Assembly (NCBI GenBank): GCA_035457005.1
Contig: DATICB010000011.1
Coordinates: forward strand, 4,098 to 68,097
DNA length: 64,000 bases
Direction: 5' to 3'
Origin: Patescibacteria group bacterium
GTDB lineage: Bacteria; Patescibacteriota; Microgenomatia; Levybacterales; UBA12049
Shown here: positions 47,614-57,067 of the stretch, in pieces
Layout of the letters: each line of letters begins with the position of its first letter
How positions within the stretch are numbered: the first letter of the stretch is position 1
Position numbers and translations under genes: made by a program
Notes under the pieces: model-generated
What the model saw: only the letters and a program-made list of their open reading frames with translations
Told to the model about the DNA's origin: nothing
Database searches by the model: none

Positions 47614-48642
47614 TTATTTTAAATATTTGTTGAAGAAATCCAAACTATGCTGCATTGCCTCATTGAGATGCCCGGAAATATTGTGATTGTCCCCAGGGTA
47701 TGTAAAAAATTCCACAGTTTTCTCAGCAGCCTTTAATCTTTCGTAGAGACTTTGCGAGAAAGCAACAGGCACTTCCTCGTCTTCCCCCCCTGCATCTAAT
47801 TGAACCGGCACTGTAATGTCACCAACAAAATGTGTCGGATCAACACTATTCCAAAAAACAGGATTTGCGGACGGACTGCCGTATTTTGTTATTAAATTTT
47901 GACGAGATGCGTTACGAAGCGCAAGTTCTCTTGGCCCCGGACGGAAGGGAACTCTGCGCTGCCAATTGTTCATCAAATCGTCATAACTCCCAACAACGCC
48001 TCCCCAAATAACTGCCGCCTGCACATCATTTGGCCTTACCACTACATCGCGAAGCGTAATATTGCCACCCATTGAATGTCCCCATATGCCTATTTTATGA
48101 GGATTTGCATCGGGATATTTTTTGATTGAACTTAACGCATTCAAATCATCTGTTGCATAGGCTGGGGAATAATATGCACCTTCCGGTGACCCGTCTGAAT
48201 TCCCATTACCACGGTAATCGGGCTTAAACACAATATATCCAGCAGAGGAAAAATACGGGTAATACGATGCATATTGACCAACACTGGGAAATGTTTGGTA
48301 TGTTTCCGGTGCAATATAGCCATGATTAAATAAAATAACCGGCCAACCATTTGCTGGCTTTTGACCTGTTGGCACAGTGAGTAATGCATAAATTTTTAAA
48401 CCATCAGACAGGTACGATGCAAGGTATTGATGGTAATTCGAACCATCGGGCAGTTGTTGTTCTATTGTTATCGCACTTCCTGGATACGATTTTGAGCGCA
48501 TTGCTGTGACAGACAGAGGATTTAAGGATGATTGGGACTGTAAGGACGTACTATTTGGCGCATGAGCTGTATTAGAAACAAGGAGATAGAAAATAATAAG
48601 AAGAAAAAGTATAAGGACAACAACAAGAATTTTTTTCTTCAC
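47614..48642 (-). CDS. Membrane-anchored S9-like alpha/beta hydrolase
   Basis: FNHG, PDYRG, GHSMGG, D..V, GDNH; start trimmed to GTG 48642. Confidence 0.88.
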   Translation of the reverse strand: MKKKILVVVLILFLLIIFYLLVSNTAHAPNSTSLQSQSSLNPLSVTAMRSKSYPGSAITIEQQLPDGSNYHQYLASYLSDGLKIYALLTVPTGQKPANGWPVILFNHGYIAPETYQTFPSVGQYASYYPYFSSAGYIVFKPDYRGNGNSDGSPEGAYYSPAYATDDLNALSSIKKYPDANPHKIGIWGHSMGGNITLRDVVVRPNDVQAAVIWGGVVGSYDDLMNNWQRRVPFRPGPRELALRNASRQNLITKYGSPSANPVFWNSVDPTHFVGDITVPVQLDAGGEDEEVPVAFSQSLYERLKAAEKTVEFFTYPGDNHNISGHLNEAMQHSLDFFNKYLK

Positions 48643-48649
48643 GAGTATG

Positions 48650-49264
48650 CTATTGCATTGCCGCAGCAAGTCTTTTGGCAACATCGTCCCAATTGACAAT
48701 ATTCCACCAAGCAGCAATATAATCTGCTCGCACATTGTAATATTGCAAATAATAGGCGTGCTCCCACACATCTAGACCCAAAAGGGGTACCATGCCTTGT
48801 GCTAGGGGAGAGTCCTGATTGGGTGTGCTGAGCAATTTTACCTCTCCCTTGTCCCAAACAAGCCACTCCCATCCGCTACCAAATATCTTTGTCGCAGAGG
48901 TACCAAATTGGTCCTGAAATGTTTTGTAATCACCAAATGTGTGTTGTAATTTATCCAGAAGTGTTCCCGATGGCGTTTGTCCATTTCCTTTTTTTGGTGT
49001 CATATTCTCCCAAAACATTGAGTGATTATAATGTCCGCCACCATTATTCCTCACAATAGTCCTGACGTCTTCTGGAATTTTGTCTAGTGATGTAATAATT
49101 TCTTCAATACTTTTATTTTGCCATTCAGGATATTTTTCTAATGCTTTATTTAAATTATCTACGTATGCTTTGTGATGTTTATCATGATGCAGTTGTTGAA
49201 TTTGCTCACTTACATACGGAGCGAGAGCATCGTATGCATAGGGAAGTTTGGGAAGAGTAAACAT
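48650..49264 (-). CDS. sodA: Fe/Mn superoxide dismutase
   Basis: HHDKHH, NGGGHYNH, DVWEHAYY. Confidence 0.95.
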   Translation of the reverse strand: MFTLPKLPYAYDALAPYVSEQIQQLHHDKHHKAYVDNLNKALEKYPEWQNKSIEEIITSLDKIPEDVRTIVRNNGGGHYNHSMFWENMTPKKGNGQTPSGTLLDKLQHTFGDYKTFQDQFGTSATKIFGSGWEWLVWDKGEVKLLSTPNQDSPLAQGMVPLLGLDVWEHAYYLQYYNVRADYIAAWWNIVNWDDVAKRLAAAMQ

Positions 49265-49400
49265 GTCTTCTCTAGACTAAACCTTTCAGCAATTTCTGTC
49301 AAGAGAAATAATAAATTAAAAGAGTTTAAGTTTTTGAATAAAAAATATTCCATAAACATTGATCACCTAAATTGAGATGAATTGTGCTATACTAGAGAAG

Positions 49401-49811
49401 ATGTATAAAGATTTTTACGCGACCGGATTTCTTTATCACCCACTGTCCCAACAAATTCTTCTGCAAAATAATTCTTCTTCTTGGACACTTTTTGGCAATT
49501 CATATAGCGAAGCAGATGATCCGCAAATTATTTTAAAAAATACACTACAACAACTTTTTGATTTGAAGAAAGTTGTCGTTTTACCAATATACACATATAC
49601 TTCCGAAAATAAAAAAAGAATTACCTATGTTGGATATTCCATTGCCAAAACAAAAAAGAATTTTTCACCTAAAGACACGCGATATAAATGGTTTTCTTTT
49701 AAAGAAATTACAAAATTGGCAATCGATCCAGATACCAAACACGACATTATTGTTGGCCAGCGAGTAATAGAAGCCGCAGGAAGAAAAGAAAGAGGAGAGC
49801 ACACTTTCTAG
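49401..49811 (+). CDS. Hypothetical protein (degenerate NUDIX-like fold possible)
   Basis: ORF with TATACT 7 nt before ATG. Confidence 0.6.
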   Translation: MYKDFYATGFLYHPLSQQILLQNNSSSWTLFGNSYSEADDPQIILKNTLQQLFDLKKVVVLPIYTYTSENKKRITYVGYSIAKTKKNFSPKDTRYKWFSFKEITKLAIDPDTKHDIIVGQRVIEAAGRKERGEHTF

Positions 49812-49836
49812 GTATTGCTTCAGAGTTTTCTATATT

Positions 49837-51045
49837 TTATTGGTTAACAATAGTCTCCTCTAGCATTTTTGTAAAAGAAGCAAATTGCATTGTTGAAGTA
49901 AATTTTTCTCTTACTGTTTTTATTCCTGCTTGTGTAAATTTATTTTTAACAGAACTATCATTAAGGAGGATTTCTATTTTCTGAGCTAATATACTTGAAT
50001 CATCTGGCGGAATTAAAAATCCATTATAGAAATCACTAATAATTTCAGGAATACCCCCAACCTTTGTTCCGATGACTGCTAACCCACAACTCATTGCTTC
50101 GATAAAAACTTGTCCAAATGTTTCGTTTTCTGATGCCAAAACAAACATATCAGACCCTTGATAAACATGAGGCATTTCATTAAGTTTGTAAGGTTTTACA
50201 ATTGTTTGTTTTTCTATATTGTGCAGCTTAATATAACCCTGCAACATTTCGTATGCAACATCAAACTCTTTTTTTAAATTATCGGGTGGTTTGCCAATTG
50301 CAATAAGAAGTCGCAATTTAGGATACCGGGGTGATAATTTCGAAAAAGCTTGAATTAAATTAATAAGACCTTTTTCTTGAAGTATATTTTTTTTGCCGCG
50401 AATAATTCTTGTCGCGGTTAAAACAATTTTATTTTCCATCTGTAATCCCAGCTCTTGCTTTAATACATTCTTTTTAGTTTCATCAAAAATAAATTCGCTA
50501 GTATTAACACCTAGATAGTGAGTTGAAAGATAATTAATATCTGCACCTTTCTGAAAAGAATCCCCTGCAACACTTTTACTAACACAGCTAATCATGTCCC
50601 ATTTTAGTTGATTAACCAATTCTGTTTGTAGCTCTGTTGTTTCAAAAGAGTGTAATTGTAACACCAAAGGAATTTTTAACATACTTGTTACCATAGTAAG
50701 GAGCAAACTGTACGCTGCTGGCAAATCTGTATGAAAATTTTCTGCACAAATAATATTAATGGCATTTTTTCGAATAGAATTGGTAACAATTTCAGAAAAA
50801 AGTTTTGCTTTTTCTGAAATTTCCTTTTTTGTTGCGAGTGCACTTCGAGACATAAAAAGACTGTTTGTGTAGAAAATAGTTACACGACCATAATTTTCAG
50901 AATAATCTTCTTTTTCTGTTGGAAGTAAAACAAATAATTTGTGTTTATTTTGAGAGGAAAAATATGCAATGAGATTTGTAATATATCTTTCTATGCCACC
51001 AATACTTTCAAAAGGGGAATTGCGACTAATAAATAAAACGTTCAC
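49837..51045 (-). CDS. GT4 family glycosyltransferase
   Basis: GGIE, EKGL, ETFGQVFIEAMSCG. Confidence 0.92.
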   Translation of the reverse strand: MNVLFISRNSPFESIGGIERYITNLIAYFSSQNKHKLFVLLPTEKEDYSENYGRVTIFYTNSLFMSRSALATKKEISEKAKLFSEIVTNSIRKNAINIICAENFHTDLPAAYSLLLTMVTSMLKIPLVLQLHSFETTELQTELVNQLKWDMISCVSKSVAGDSFQKGADINYLSTHYLGVNTSEFIFDETKKNVLKQELGLQMENKIVLTATRIIRGKKNILQEKGLINLIQAFSKLSPRYPKLRLLIAIGKPPDNLKKEFDVAYEMLQGYIKLHNIEKQTIVKPYKLNEMPHVYQGSDMFVLASENETFGQVFIEAMSCGLAVIGTKVGGIPEIISDFYNGFLIPPDDSSILAQKIEILLNDSSVKNKFTQAGIKTVREKFTSTMQFASFTKMLEETIVNQ

Positions 51046-52238
51046 GTATTTTTTTCAACAAATGTTATTGCTATTCCTTTCTTATCTGCACGACCTGTTC
51101 TCCCAATACGATGAATATAATCTTCAATTGTTGCGGGCATATCGTAATTAATAACATGAGTAACATTAGGAATATCCAGTCCACGTGACGCAACATCGGT
51201 TGCAAGGAGTACTTGAATTTCTCCATTTTTAAATTGCTTGAGCGCTCGCTGTCTTTGATTTTGGTTTTTATTTCCATGAATTGCTGCAACACGAAAACCT
51301 CTTCGCATCAACTCCGCTGTTAATTTTTGAATGCCCCATTTTGTTCGACCAAAAAGCAAGACTTTTTTAAATTCCTCTTGAGCAAGTAAATCATGCAGTT
51401 TATCTATTTTTTTATATCCTGGCTCTATTTCTATAATTTCTTGTTGCACATTTTCTGCAGTGTCTTGTTGTTTTACCGATGCAGTAACCGGATTAACAAC
51501 AAAACTTTGTAAAATCTCTTGTACCTTACCGTCTATTGTCGCCGAGAAAAAAAGTGACTGCCTATCTATCGGCAATAACGAAATAAAATACTGTATGTCA
51601 CGAATAAATCCAATGTCAACCATTCTATCTGCTTCATCCAAGACAACGTTGTTAAACATCCCCATAGAAATACCTCTTTCCTTAATAATGTCTCGTATTC
51701 TTCCGGGTGTGCCAATAACAAAATGTGGACTTTGTCGCAAATCACCCATCTGTCTTTTCATACTCATACCGCCGATAAGAAGCGTTGAGAAAACACCAAG
51801 TCCTTTGGTAAAAGATTTTAATTCTTCATGAATTTGTACAGCCAACTCCCGCGTCGGTGCAATAATTAAAACCCTTTCTCCCTTATCGTTGTAGACTTTA
51901 TTTACAAGTGGAATAAGAAATGCTGCTGTCTTTCCTGTGCCCGTATTTGCGATACCGATAACATCTCTTCCCAAAAGGATACTTGGAACAGTCTGCAGCT
52001 GAATCGGTGTTGGGTTAGTATACCCTTTGGATAAAATATTATCCAATAATTTTGGAGACAAATGAAAATCAACAAAACTTGTTGCTGGCACCGGCGGCAA
52101 TTCCTCTTGGTACGCTGCTTTTCCTTTTTTAATTACTTCAACCGATGCAATTTTTTCACGAAGCTCTCTCTGAGAAACAGATTGTATTTTTCGCGGCTTT
52201 CCAAAATTCTTATGCTGGTGAAATTTATTTTTATGCAT
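51042..52238 (-). CDS. DEAD-box RNA helicase
   Basis: Q motif, ANTGTGKT, PTRELA, DEAD, SAT, HRIGRTGR. Confidence 0.96.
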   Translation of the reverse strand: MHKNKFHQHKNFGKPRKIQSVSQRELREKIASVEVIKKGKAAYQEELPPVPATSFVDFHLSPKLLDNILSKGYTNPTPIQLQTVPSILLGRDVIGIANTGTGKTAAFLIPLVNKVYNDKGERVLIIAPTRELAVQIHEELKSFTKGLGVFSTLLIGGMSMKRQMGDLRQSPHFVIGTPGRIRDIIKERGISMGMFNNVVLDEADRMVDIGFIRDIQYFISLLPIDRQSLFFSATIDGKVQEILQSFVVNPVTASVKQQDTAENVQQEIIEIEPGYKKIDKLHDLLAQEEFKKVLLFGRTKWGIQKLTAELMRRGFRVAAIHGNKNQNQRQRALKQFKNGEIQVLLATDVASRGLDIPNVTHVINYDMPATIEDYIHRIGRTGRADKKGIAITFVEKNT

Positions 52239-52447
52239 ACGGTGTATTACTAAAACTGCTTAAATGAAGTGTATTTGGAGTTAGAAGAAAGATACGAATC
52301 GGTAAAACCTTGTAATAAATATTATCTTTAACTTATCTAATCAAAATTCTATTATTAAGCAGATGTAGTAATGCAATCTGCCGTATATAGTATAGCAGAA
52401 AATAGGTAAAAAAGCAAGAAAACGTGCCTAGTTTGTGGCTATGATAC

Positions 52448-53242
52448 TTATTTCTTTTTCCTCGCTTGCAGGGAGAAAAGAAGAGGTATTTGCGTCTTTT
52501 TATCTTTCAAAACGTATTGTCCATTTTTATTTTTTTTCATAAATCCCGGGAATTGGTTGTACATGGTAAAAGGAAATTCATGAAAAAATTCAATTTCCAA
52601 TCCTGCATCAACAAGTGATGAAATAACGTCCTCAATGGTATAGCTCCATTCATATGTAACCCCCTTTGTTGTATCTTTCCAATTTGTATAACTTCCTTCT
52701 GCATCATCCAAAAATGGCCCTTTATCAAAATAGTCATACTGCATTTTTACCTTTTCATTGAGCATATTGGTGAAAGGATGCAATTCAACAATATAAAAAA
52801 TACCACCAGTTTTAAGAAATTCAGAAATTATTTTTCCAAATTTTTTTATATCAGAAAGCCACAGCAATACTCCATATGACATAAAAATTATATCAAACTT
52901 TTTTTTCAAAACATTTGGTAATGCATAGACATCCGAACAAATAAATTCAGCAGGAATATGCAATTCTTCACTCATTTTTCGAGCAAGTGCAATTGCCTCG
53001 TCTGAGATATCAACACCAGTCACCGATGCACCATTTCTTGCAAGAGACAGACTATCCATACCAAAATGACAAAGTAAATGAAGTACTTCTTTTCCTTTTA
53101 TATTTCCTAATTCTTTTTGCTCTATGACTTGCAAACTGGTTGCGCCTTTTTTAAACTGTGCAACATTATATAAGGAAGACTTCTCGTGAAGAGGAGTAAT
53201 TGCATTCCACCATTTTTTATTTATTTCTGTATAATTTTTCAT
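52448..53242 (-). CDS. Class I SAM-dependent methyltransferase
   Basis: VLHLLCHFG, GVDIS, LKTGGIFY. Confidence 0.88.
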   Translation of the reverse strand: MKNYTEINKKWWNAITPLHEKSSLYNVAQFKKGATSLQVIEQKELGNIKGKEVLHLLCHFGMDSLSLARNGASVTGVDISDEAIALARKMSEELHIPAEFICSDVYALPNVLKKKFDIIFMSYGVLLWLSDIKKFGKIISEFLKTGGIFYIVELHPFTNMLNEKVKMQYDYFDKGPFLDDAEGSYTNWKDTTKGVTYEWSYTIEDVISSLVDAGLEIEFFHEFPFTMYNQFPGFMKKNKNGQYVLKDKKTQIPLLFSLQARKKK

Positions 53243-53269
53243 TATCTTAGTGTAACAAAGAAATGATGA

Positions 53270-53875
53270 TTATAAAAATGTTGTAGCAAATTGGATTGCA
53301 TTAATATATTTTTTATCGGAAATTGCGTGATCTGTTTTTTGAATGGAAAAAAGATATTTCTTTTTTGATGCAATTGCACGAAATGTCTTTTTTGATCTGT
53401 TAATTAAGACTGTCGACTCTTTTTCTCCATACAACATGCAAACACTTTTTGCTTTTATTTTTTTTGCCAATTTATTTGAGTAGAGTGATGCAAATGTTTT
53501 ATGACGAATAATTTGCAAAGCAGAACTATTTTTTGGAAGCGTTTTTGGCAAATCTTCTTTGAAGAAAGGGGACAGTGAACATAAGACAAGACCTCTTACA
53601 GGAATTTTTGTTGCCGCAAGAAACGCTACCAACGCACCATACGAGAATCCGAGAAGATAAACATCTTTTGACAACAAAGAAAGTTTTGCCAATTTTTCAT
53701 TGTATTTTTTAAGAAAAAATGTCGTGTTGTCTGTTATGGTTGATCCTTTCCATGGTACTGCAATTGGGACAACACGAAATCCCTCTGACACGAGCGTTTT
53801 TCGAAGAAGACTGTATCCCTTTTGTCCAATTTTGTGCCTAAATCCCGGAATAAGAAAGACTATTTTCTGCCTCAT
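53270..53875 (-). CDS. Alpha/beta hydrolase fold protein
   Basis: LIPG, GFSYG, terminal DH. Confidence 0.75.
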   Translation of the reverse strand: MRQKIVFLIPGFRHKIGQKGYSLLRKTLVSEGFRVVPIAVPWKGSTITDNTTFFLKKYNEKLAKLSLLSKDVYLLGFSYGALVAFLAATKIPVRGLVLCSLSPFFKEDLPKTLPKNSSALQIIRHKTFASLYSNKLAKKIKAKSVCMLYGEKESTVLINRSKKTFRAIASKKKYLFSIQKTDHAISDKKYINAIQFATTFL

Positions 53876-53949
53876 AGCTGGGGGATTATAGCACTTTTGA
53901 GGCTAGAGTAAAAGAGTGGAGTGGTACAGAAAACAGTTTTAAAAGACGT

Positions 53950-54201
53950 TTATAAACCATTAATCAAAGCTTCTTTTTTGCTTTTAGGCAATTGTTTTAT
54001 TTCCCATTCGCGCTTTAAAGCTTCACTTTTTGTTGCACATTCCTCTGTATACACAAGTGCAAAACTATTAAATGCTTTTAAATATTTTGCTGATTCATAA
54101 TTTTTCTTTCTGTGCTGAGTTAGTCTTTTTTCCAAATCATTTGTTTGACCCGTGTAGAGCGTATTTGCAGATGTCCGAAGAATATAGACAGTATATGTCA
54201 T
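53950..54201 (-). CDS. GIY-YIG nuclease (UPF0213/YhbQ-like)
   Basis: VYILR..LYTGQTNDLEKRL.QH..ALKREWEIKQL. Confidence 0.88.
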   Translation of the reverse strand: MTYTVYILRTSANTLYTGQTNDLEKRLTQHRKKNYESAKYLKAFNSFALVYTEECATKSEALKREWEIKQLPKSKKEALINGL

Positions 54202-54235
54202 ATACTCAGTATACAACTACTACAACCACAATTGA

Positions 54236-54826
54236 CTAGCTCACAAGAAGATACAAAGCAAAGACTACCATGCTAAAATCTTCAACCAAAGTCACCCAAG
54301 TAAGCGGAACTTTAAGAAATGTTCCTAGGCAAACACATTGAAATTTTTCATGCTTTAAGATTTTTATTGCTACACCAATGCCGCTAAATCCCATGACAAT
54401 AATTTCCGCAAAAAGAATTTGTTTTGTGTATATATCTAAAATCATTGTAAATGCAAAAAATAATTCAAGAAATGGATAGATATATCCATACCAATAGACA
54501 CGCTTTGCAAGTAAATCGTATGTTGCATACCCTTCTGCAAAACCCCGTATATCTGTCAGCTTAAACCCTGAGAAAATCAAGAAAAATCCGATCATGAAAT
54601 ATCTAACAACAGTATGAATATTAAAATTCGTTATAAATGAAATGAGTAGAGATGTGGTAAAAATAAGACCAATAATAATCAAAAGAGGAGTGTAACTTGA
54701 TTTCTCGCTTGTTACTTTGTTTGATTTTTTCTCTAACTCACTTTGCAAAACAAGTTTCATTCCACATAAAGGACATGTGCCAGGACTATCTTGTCTTATT
54801 TGTGGATGCATTGGACACGCGTACAT
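54236..54826 (-). CDS. Heavy-metal-binding domain plus MauE/DoxX-like membrane protein
   Basis: YACPMHP..PGTCPLCGMKL; YPFLE; CVCLG. Confidence 0.85.
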   Translation of the reverse strand: MYACPMHPQIRQDSPGTCPLCGMKLVLQSELEKKSNKVTSEKSSYTPLLIIIGLIFTTSLLISFITNFNIHTVVRYFMIGFFLIFSGFKLTDIRGFAEGYATYDLLAKRVYWYGYIYPFLELFFAFTMILDIYTKQILFAEIIVMGFSGIGVAIKILKHEKFQCVCLGTFLKVPLTWVTLVEDFSMVVFALYLLVS

Positions 54827-54834
54827 AGGTAATC

Positions 54835-55428
54835 TTAATCCACCATTGACCCCGTCTTCACTTCTCCTGCACGTTTGTAATTGGCAAAGATAACTCCTTT
54901 GGGAGTAACATGATGCTCTATCAACTCAAATGCAGCTGGAATTGCACCATCTTGAAATAATTTCTTTCCTTTCCCTAAAGTGAGTGGATGGATTTTTAAC
55001 CACAACTCGTCTACTAAATCATTTTTTAAAAGTGTTTGAACCAGATTCCCGCTTCCATACACTTGCAAATTAGACCCATTTGTTTGTTTTAGTTTTTTAA
55101 TATCTTCAACATTTTTCAAAACTACCGTGTTTTCCCATGCAGGGTTCTTAAGAGTTGTAGAGACAACATATTTAGTCACTTTGTTAATACTTGGCCAAAA
55201 TTTCGTGTGGGTTGGCCAATAAGCAGAAAAAATATCGTATGTTTTTCTTCCCAACAAAAGATCCGAAGGCTCCATTTGTTTCGCCATTAATTTGCCCGCT
55301 TTATCGTCAAAATAGGGAAATTGCCACCCGCCAAATTTGAAATCATTTGATGTGTCTTCTTCAGAACCACCAGGAGCTTGCATAACACCATCTAGCGTAA
55401 TAAATTCTAAAACAATAACCTTTCTCAC
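54835..55428 (-). CDS. Dihydrofolate reductase/RibD C-terminal family protein
   Basis: TLDGVMQAPG, LLGRKTY, GSGNL, LVDEL. Confidence 0.9.
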   Translation of the reverse strand: MRKVIVLEFITLDGVMQAPGGSEEDTSNDFKFGGWQFPYFDDKAGKLMAKQMEPSDLLLGRKTYDIFSAYWPTHTKFWPSINKVTKYVVSTTLKNPAWENTVVLKNVEDIKKLKQTNGSNLQVYGSGNLVQTLLKNDLVDELWLKIHPLTLGKGKKLFQDGAIPAAFELIEHHVTPKGVIFANYKRAGEVKTGSMVD

Positions 55429-55492
55429 ACATTCATTGTATCACGAAGAACAAGGGGGCAAAAATCTATACTGGCTGAATAAAAAGTTACAT

Positions 55493-55966
55493 TCAAGGAT
55501 TAAGTAGAAGAAGAGAGAAATTAAGGATTGTTGCAAAGCTTACCCAGAGAAGGTATGGGATAAGAAGACATCCTGCAGTTTTGGAAAGTTTATAGAACGT
55601 AAAAAGTGTTATAGCAATACTAATAAGCAAAAAGAGAATATCTATAAACCCCAATAAGGGATTGCGTAAACCGAAAAAGAATATTGACCAAAGAAAGTTT
55701 AAAAAAAGCTGTATAAAAAAGTAGGCCAGTGCCTTTTTTACTTTTTTATTCTTCGCACCTTTTTGCCAAATGATAAATACTGCAATTCCCATGAAAAAAT
55801 ACAGGAGTGTCCAAACTGGACCAAAGATCCAGTTTGGAGGAGAAAAGAATGGTTTATGAAGATGGGCATACCACGCAGGAATAGCTGAAATAGTAAATGG
55901 AGTAGCAATTATTCCCGTTAATTCACAACCCATAACGCAAATAAGAAACTTTTGAATATCTTTCAT
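55493..55966 (-). CDS. tspO: TspO/MBR tryptophan-rich sensory protein
   Basis: WY..L.KP..PPNWIFGPVW, LIPYLLWVSFA. Confidence 0.93.
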   Translation of the reverse strand: MKDIQKFLICVMGCELTGIIATPFTISAIPAWYAHLHKPFFSPPNWIFGPVWTLLYFFMGIAVFIIWQKGAKNKKVKKALAYFFIQLFLNFLWSIFFFGLRNPLLGFIDILFLLISIAITLFTFYKLSKTAGCLLIPYLLWVSFATILNFSLLLLNP

Positions 55967-56072
55967 ATTTTTAGTATGAGAAACTACTGCTGTTGTGTCA
56001 ATGAGCAGAGGAGAAAGATAAACGGTCCAAAAGGCAGACTAGAGATATTCTGCTTAATTCATTTTTTCTGTG

Positions 56073-56143
56073 CTGGAAGGCCTGGATTCGAACCAGAATA
56101 AACAGATCCAAAGTCTGTTGTCCTACCATTAGACGACCTTCCA
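56073..56143 (-). tRNA. tRNA-Gln(UUG)
   Basis: Acceptor TGGAAGG/CCTTCCA; anticodon arm ACAGA-CTTTGGA-TCTGT. Confidence 0.95.
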
Positions 56144-56147
56144 ATAT

Positions 56148-56390
56148 TTAATCTTTTAACAACACCTTAAGTTTATTACCACCTTTATATGATTTCAATT
56201 CTATTTCCCTTAATCGCGCTTTTTTATAATTTTCAAACTCTTCTGTATAAACGAGAGAAAATGGCTTTCTCTTTTTCGTAATTGAAACTCCACCCTTATT
56301 GTGTTTCTTTAAACGGTTCTGAATATCTTTAGTTATTCCGATATAATAACCATTGTCTAATTTGCTTTGGATTACATAAACCCAAATCAT
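56148..56390 (-). CDS. Small stand-alone GIY-YIG nuclease
   Basis: WVYVIQS..YYIGIT..RL.KHN.G..REIELKS. Confidence 0.9.
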   Translation of the reverse strand: MIWVYVIQSKLDNGYYIGITKDIQNRLKKHNKGGVSITKKRKPFSLVYTEEFENYKKARLREIELKSYKGGNKLKVLLKD

Positions 56391-56395
56391 ACAAA

Positions 56396-56470
56396 AAAGT
56401 CTGTTGTCCTATTTACTCCGCTTAGCGGAGCCATTACCCCGCTCAGCGGGGCGAGGACGACCTTCCAATA
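56396..56470 (-). repeat. Duplicated 5' half of tRNA-Gln interrupted by two 19-nt hairpin inserts
   Basis: Removing 56412-56430 and 56437-56455 gives an exact copy of 56110-56146. Confidence 0.9.
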
Positions 56471-56539
56471 GAATAAATTGAACAGATATCTTGTGAATTT
56501 TACAACCTAGACTATCTTTCCAACGTGGCATTATTATAC

Positions 56540-57004
56540 CTAATTCGAGGCATTCTTGCTAGGTGTTGGGCGCTGATACAACCCAATAAGCTGTGATGTT
56601 GCCAGAATATGTCCCTGCATTGCAAATGCAAGCGTGTTTTTTGTATAGACATCTTCTGTTGGCAACATAATATCCAGTGCATAGAGAGTAAAAATATATC
56701 TATGGACGCCACTGGGAGGACAGGCAGCAACATACCCTGGCTTATTCAGGCTGGTAATACCTAATACTGCATTTTCCGGCCAAGTTCCTTCGGTAATTTC
56801 TGCTGTATTTGGTAGCATGTTGTAGACAATCCAATGGATAAAGGTTTTACTTGGCGCATCCGGATCCTCAACCACCAATGCTAGACTTTTGGTGTCTGTT
56901 GTTATACCAGAAAAGGCGAGTGGGGGATTAATCCCTTTTCCATCGCACGTGTAGAGTGCAGGAAGCATGGTATTGTTTTCAAAAACAGGGGAGAGAATTT
57001 GCAT
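56540..57004 (-). CDS. YbhB/YbcL (PEBP/Raf-kinase-inhibitor-like) protein
   Basis: DPDAP..FIHW, CPPSGVHRY.F.LYALD. Confidence 0.92.
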   Translation of the reverse strand: MQILSPVFENNTMLPALYTCDGKGINPPLAFSGITTDTKSLALVVEDPDAPSKTFIHWIVYNMLPNTAEITEGTWPENAVLGITSLNKPGYVAACPPSGVHRYIFTLYALDIMLPTEDVYTKNTLAFAMQGHILATSQLIGLYQRPTPSKNASN

Positions 57005-57067
57005 ACTGTCATTATAATAAGGATATTTCCAAACAGCAACTCACTGCTTTTTTTGATTATTCTGACG

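Noticed and set aside
53950-54201. Fifth GIY-YIG gene as part of the tRNA/hairpin system
   Set aside because: No tRNA fragment or flanking hairpin seen; it looks like the ordinary UPF0213 type with its own leaderless promoter.
56073-56470. Intron-split tRNA-Gln with homing endonuclease
   Set aside because: A complete tRNA follows the ORF, the 5' copy is disrupted, and there is no room for a group I/II ribozyme core.
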